A stretch of DNA of 32,000 nucleotides, from contig NZ_CP021983.2 of assembly GCF_002075285.3 (NCBI RefSeq), positions 3,240,001 through 3,272,000 on the forward strand. Direction: 5' to 3'. Below, piece after piece: positions 28,260 to 32,000 of the stretch. The stretch comes from Halomicronema hongdechloris C2206. GTDB taxonomy: Bacteria; Cyanobacteriota; Cyanobacteriia; Phormidesmidales; Phormidesmidaceae. Position 1 is the stretch's first letter. The number at the start of each line of letters is the position of its first letter. Under the pieces are notes generated by a model. That model saw nothing but the letters and a program-made list of their open reading frames with translations, had not been told where the DNA came from and made no database searches. Made by a program: the position numbers and the translations under genes.

Positions 28260-30650
28260 CTAAAGAAAAGCGCTAGGGATATGGAGTACTAGAGGGAGAT
28301 GCAGAAAATTGTCATATTGTGGAGCAATCCGCTGTAGATACTGAAGATAACCTAGCCAATGAAGAGTTTTATCATTAGGTTGTAGGAGTGGATTTGCCTC
28401 AACCAATGTAATTTTCTTGGCAGTGGTTTTCGTTTTAGGCTGAATAACCTTGCCGGATCTATGCTCGTACGGTCGCAGCATTGACTCTTGAGAGTTGCTT
28501 TGATCAGTACTAGCTTTAGGGCGAATTAGGAGATATGAATTATCACCAAATTGAGCAATCGCTCTACCTCGTGCAGGCTGATTTTTATCGTTATTCCAAA
28601 GTGTCGCCTGTGGCAGTTCTCCACCATCACGACATCGGATCACTCGACAATTATTTGGTAGTTTAAACAGCTCTAACTCGCCATTTTGGTTAAGTAAAGA
28701 AATTGTGCCGTCCGCCCCAAATTTAGAATCATACAATCCATTGAGAGCCTGTCTCGTATTATTTGAGTAGGGTAGAATTAATGTCGAGATGGTTGAATCT
28801 GCAAGCTCCCTAAAAAAACTGGAGGTAAGATTTTTCAGCTTTAATCCTTTGCAACCTTCAATGGTAGTTGCAGCTTGAACGTAAGGAATAAATTCACGTA
28901 AAGGTTGCCAAGTGCTGATCGCAGTGCGACCTGTTAATATTCCTTTCGCGTCCAACTTTACAGCAACAGGCAAGTAATTTCCATTAGAGAGCTTGTGCAA
29001 GTGAATGCCGATTGTTTGCAAGTCTAGAGGAAGTTCGTAGGCTTTGAGGGCTTCAGGGATTAACCCATCATGATAGCCCAAGCGGCATTTCATGGTGAGC
29101 AAGGTTGCTTTACACTTGTGCGATATTTCCTCAACTTCATCTTCACCTGTCGGGACTGTCAATCTCTTTATAAGCAAGTTACGATCTGGCAAAAACTCCT
29201 CAAGTGAATTATATGGATCCTCTTGCGGTCTTTGTTTGAAATAATTCTCAGGATAAATCGGAAGAATGAGTACTTTTGTCTCGTTGCAACGCTCAGGGAG
29301 TGCTTTAACTCGTTCTGCTATTACCTGGTCACGATCCTGGTTACGTTGCTGCCAATTATCTTCAGGTGTTACAGGTATTGGATTACACATTTCAACCAGC
29401 CCTGGATCGGTTTCCTTAATGAGGTTGAATTTAAGCTTTTTAGCTTCATGTTCAAGTGCTTTGCCTATATCCTGAAAATCAACATAATGGATTAAATCAG
29501 GACAGGAAGAGGGTCGGAGTTTTGAAAATTTAGAATTGCCTTTGTCAATAATCTTAGGTTCAAAGTATTCAAAGCCAGGTTGTAATATTGGTGCGATTGT
29601 GTCGAATAAGTGAGCTAAATCGTTAGGTGTAACCCCCGCTGTAACATCCTGAAATTTTTCACGCCCCTCACGATTGACAACCAAAAAACGCAGCTTTAAA
29701 TCAGGATTAGACCAACCAAGTGGATTACTTAAAAGCTCATCTGCACTAGGAACAGAATCATAGTCAAATTTACTAAGAAGTTCAGCTAAGTTGTTTTCCC
29801 AGCATCGAACTTCATTGATTTTTGCAGTACAAACTCCATTAGGAGTATAAATCATCACGCTAAAAGATTCAGGCAGTTTTTTGCGGGTGTAAGGCTTAGA
29901 AAGATAACGACGCACCCCAAAGTCGAGGGGTAAATATATTTGAGGTTGCCCCGGAATCTGAAGCAATCGTGGATGAATCATGAAGGAGTAAGGGTTACCT
30001 TTTTTGGAATAAAAAACATCCGTAATACAAAATTGAGGTTTTTGAAATAAGGAGCTTGCGATTTCTAAAGCAGGAAGAAATTTAATTGATTGGAATTGAG
30101 AACTAAACTCAGGAAAACTGAGATTACTTTTTACGATTTGTGAAACTACAATACTCGGAATTATTTCAAATAAGCAAGAATCTCGTGGTTGCGCAGTACT
30201 ATTGACGGAAAGCTCCCAGTCTTCTGGTGAAAGCTGATGTTCCTGCCATCTAAATGAAGCCTGTTCGATAGCCGCCAATGATGCTGTAATATCTTGCTCG
30301 ACTGCTGATTTTTGTCCGCGTTTCTTAGGAAGTGTAAAGGTCTCTCTCACCCAATGCTTAAGCAATCGCTTAACTCGTTCTTCAGGGACATGTTCAAGGC
30401 AGAAAAGGAAAGGCTTGTCAGTAGGCAAGCGACCATCGGCACAAACAACTTGAGGGATTGAGGCATTAACTAGAGCTTTGAATTGATATCCTGGCAAGCT
30501 GATTGGATGATTGCCTCGCTGTGAGCGATCTCGTGAGTAGTCAACAAGTAAGATCTGCTTGAGGTCAGCAGGAAAAGTCAAACTGTAGTAACTATCACGC
30601 AATTGGTTGGGGTTAAGCTGCAAGGCCGCAGCTTTGAGTGAGATTTTCAT
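28260..30650 (-). CDS. 796-aa Argonaute-like protein with a MID-PIWI-like C-terminal half (catalytic tetrad not evident) and an N-terminal ~450 aa of unknown fold
   Basis: An uninterrupted 796-codon ORF in AT-rich DNA, so the CDS itself is near certain. The function is inferred by eye. MID-like strings are 'KVLILPIYPE..DPYNSLEEFL..LLIKRLTV..KATLLTMKCRLGYHDGLIP'. PIWI-like strings are 'LQTIGIHLHKL', 'NSYLLIRPKAS..SMLRPYEH' and the C-terminal 'LHWLGYLQYLQR...HLPLVLHIPSAFL'. Confidence 0.55.
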   Translation of the reverse strand: MKISLKAAALQLNPNQLRDSYYSLTFPADLKQILLVDYSRDRSQRGNHPISLPGYQFKALVNASIPQVVCADGRLPTDKPFLFCLEHVPEERVKRLLKHWVRETFTLPKKRGQKSAVEQDITASLAAIEQASFRWQEHQLSPEDWELSVNSTAQPRDSCLFEIIPSIVVSQIVKSNLSFPEFSSQFQSIKFLPALEIASSLFQKPQFCITDVFYSKKGNPYSFMIHPRLLQIPGQPQIYLPLDFGVRRYLSKPYTRKKLPESFSVMIYTPNGVCTAKINEVRCWENNLAELLSKFDYDSVPSADELLSNPLGWSNPDLKLRFLVVNREGREKFQDVTAGVTPNDLAHLFDTIAPILQPGFEYFEPKIIDKGNSKFSKLRPSSCPDLIHYVDFQDIGKALEHEAKKLKFNLIKETDPGLVEMCNPIPVTPEDNWQQRNQDRDQVIAERVKALPERCNETKVLILPIYPENYFKQRPQEDPYNSLEEFLPDRNLLIKRLTVPTGEDEVEEISHKCKATLLTMKCRLGYHDGLIPEALKAYELPLDLQTIGIHLHKLSNGNYLPVAVKLDAKGILTGRTAISTWQPLREFIPYVQAATTIEGCKGLKLKNLTSSFFRELADSTISTLILPYSNNTRQALNGLYDSKFGADGTISLLNQNGELELFKLPNNCRVIRCRDGGELPQATLWNNDKNQPARGRAIAQFGDNSYLLIRPKASTDQSNSQESMLRPYEHRSGKVIQPKTKTTAKKITLVEANPLLQPNDKTLHWLGYLQYLQRIAPQYDNFLHLPLVLHIPSAFL

Positions 30651-30652
30651 GA

Positions 30653-32000
30653 TCAGAAACCCTTAACATTGAGAAGTGCTTGAATGCCCTGTGACCAAAG
30701 GAATACTGCTTTAGGATCTTTTTGCAATTGTTTTGCTCGGTCAATCGCATCGCCAAGATAAGAAGAATAAGCTGCATCACACAGCCGTACTGTTGCATCA
30801 ACCTGCCCTCTCATGATGCGAGGCCATAGTTGCCCAATATCCTCAACCCACCACCGATTTAAGAGAATATTATTCATAAAGCTCTTGGAAGCTTGGGGAA
30901 GATAACGTATCTGACGTTTGAAAGCTTGATCAATTAGCCGATCTGCGATTCGTGCATAATATCGGCATTGATCAAGTAGATTAAATCGTTGAGGTGGATC
31001 TTTTTCGGCTAAAAGCTTAGCTCGACGAGCCAAGATGTCAGGTAACCGTTGATCAGTTTCAAAAAGTGAAACCAAAAACAGCTCAATAGAAATTTGTAGG
31101 TCAGTTGGATGAGCGTGTGGTCTAACCAACGAGTAAAGGGCACAAAACGCAGCCTCGCGACTACCGGGCGGAACAATATTAATATCACGACTCACACCCT
31201 GAAAATAAGCAATCAGGACATCAACACCGGGAATAGTGGCAAAGCGCTCAGCGTGACGACGACGAAGACAAGCGGCTCTCTTCCGGGGATCAAAGCTGTC
31301 TAAGTTATCATTATCTCCAACTAGAACTTTACAGCGATCACCCTGTCCCAGAAATTCAAGTGCTTCCCATACGGCCCAGCATTGAGTTTTTGAGTTAGTC
31401 GTCAGAAGTGCCCGCCGTCGGGCTTCAGGATATTGTTGTAAGTCTTGCTCAACGATCGAGGCAGATCCCCCCTCAAAGAGTCGCTTAGTAATTTCAGAGA
31501 TTGCTGCAAGCTTGTCTTCAGTTTCAAGTCCACTCACAAAGATTGGGTTACCGTCAGACTTATAAAACGGATGATAGTGCAGACTAATTTGCCCATGTTG
31601 TCGGTCTTGCCGCTGTAAGAGATAACCATCTGTGCGTAAGTGATAAATCGAGCGGCCATCAGGTAACCATCCCGTTGCTGTTGCGAGGACAAAGTGGCAT
31701 CCCGCGTAGTCGTCAAGTTCATACAGCTTACTCAAGTTAGCGACCAGGTCAGGCCCACTAAACAATAGTGAGAAATACAAGAGGTTAAGATCATCATGAT
31801 TAATGCCACGATCTAAAACCAGTCCGGCAGCTCGCCCTGTGATTAAACGAGGAAAAATATTTTCCAAATATTTTGGGTTACTGCTAAGAGCAGGTTGGGG
31901 AGCATCTCTCTTAATTGAGATTGCCATTTCGCTAGCGGTCAACCCGCGATCAGCATCATGCAGCAAAACTAAGAGCGCATTGACGGCTAAAATAATCAGA
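30653..32000 (-). CDS. Partial CDS (N-terminus beyond the window): SF2 / DinG-XPD-like helicase-related protein, upstream partner of the PIWI-like gene
   Basis: The frame stays open past the tracked TTG (31966) to the window edge ('..LIILAVNALLV-LLHDADRG..'). Motif-like strings are 'LLVLLHDADRG' (Walker B/DEAD-like), 'HFVLATATG' (motif III SAT-like) and 'VLIAYFQGVSRDINIVPPG' (resembles the DinG/XPD motif V region). Its TGA lies 2 nt before the downstream ATG. Confidence 0.45.
   Translation of the reverse strand, partial: LIILAVNALLVLLHDADRGLTASEMAISIKRDAPQPALSSNPKYLENIFPRLITGRAAGLVLDRGINHDDLNLLYFSLLFSGPDLVANLSKLYELDDYAGCHFVLATATGWLPDGRSIYHLRTDGYLLQRQDRQHGQISLHYHPFYKSDGNPIFVSGLETEDKLAAISEITKRLFEGGSASIVEQDLQQYPEARRRALLTTNSKTQCWAVWEALEFLGQGDRCKVLVGDNDNLDSFDPRKRAACLRRRHAERFATIPGVDVLIAYFQGVSRDINIVPPGSREAAFCALYSLVRPHAHPTDLQISIELFLVSLFETDQRLPDILARRAKLLAEKDPPQRFNLLDQCRYYARIADRLIDQAFKRQIRYLPQASKSFMNNILLNRWWVEDIGQLWPRIMRGQVDATVRLCDAAYSSYLGDAIDRAKQLQKDPKAVFLWSQGIQALLNVKGF

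Noticed and set aside
29223-29495. Plus-strand ORFs of 69-90 aa inside the PIWI-like gene, and the 62-aa ORFs at 30613-30801 and 31534-31722
   Set aside because: They are antisense or off-frame within long AT-rich ORFs. AT-rich DNA readily yields such short open frames.
1-32000. Search for tRNA, rRNA, tmRNA, RNase P RNA and CRISPR arrays
   Set aside because: I saw no T-loop/acceptor patterns (GGTTCGAATCC-like), no rRNA-like conserved blocks, and no regularly spaced direct repeats. The GGGGUGAAAGUCCCC string at about 28115-28129 belongs to the group II intron, not RNase P RNA.

Overview
The window looks like a cyanobacterial chromosome segment. The HIP1 palindrome GCGATCGC recurs through 1-24.9 kb, and spot counts of single 60-nt lines give about 55-60% GC. 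That part is ordinary core or shell content. It holds a three-gene signalling operon on the minus strand (REC-GGDEF regulator, PhnD-like lipoprotein, 1425-aa hybrid histidine kinase). It also holds glmU, a Uma2 endonuclease, a small OM beta-barrel protein, ubiA-type prenyltransferase, surE, dapF, an M23 peptidase, a ComFB-like protein, an L,D-transpeptidase, lipA, a KirBac-type K+ channel, and a split Liv/Nat-type amino-acid ABC transporter interrupted by a pentapeptide-repeat gene. Three consecutive small loci at 13.4-14.2 kb each need a frame correction: a PEP-CTERM mini-protein, an hfq gene missing from the ORF track, and the N-terminus of the M23 peptidase. The right third is accessory DNA. 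A minus-strand group II intron (~24955-28210) has its RT/maturase ORF split by an ISL3-family IS (25974-27255, 8-bp target duplication GATTGGCT), and that IS transposase is itself frame-broken. The intron starts 50 nt downstream of a markedly AT-rich, HIP1-free island (28260 to beyond 32000). The island encodes two tightly coupled minus-strand genes: a helicase-like protein truncated by the window edge and a 796-aa protein. By eye, the C-terminal half of the 796-aa protein threads onto the MID-PIWI (Argonaute) architecture with the catalytic positions substituted. I consider this the most likely novel system: a PIWI-RE/DdmDE-like, helicase-coupled, nuclease-dead Argonaute-like defence module. 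All functional calls rest on by-eye motif recognition, since no searches could be run. I found no rRNA, tRNA or CRISPR array.
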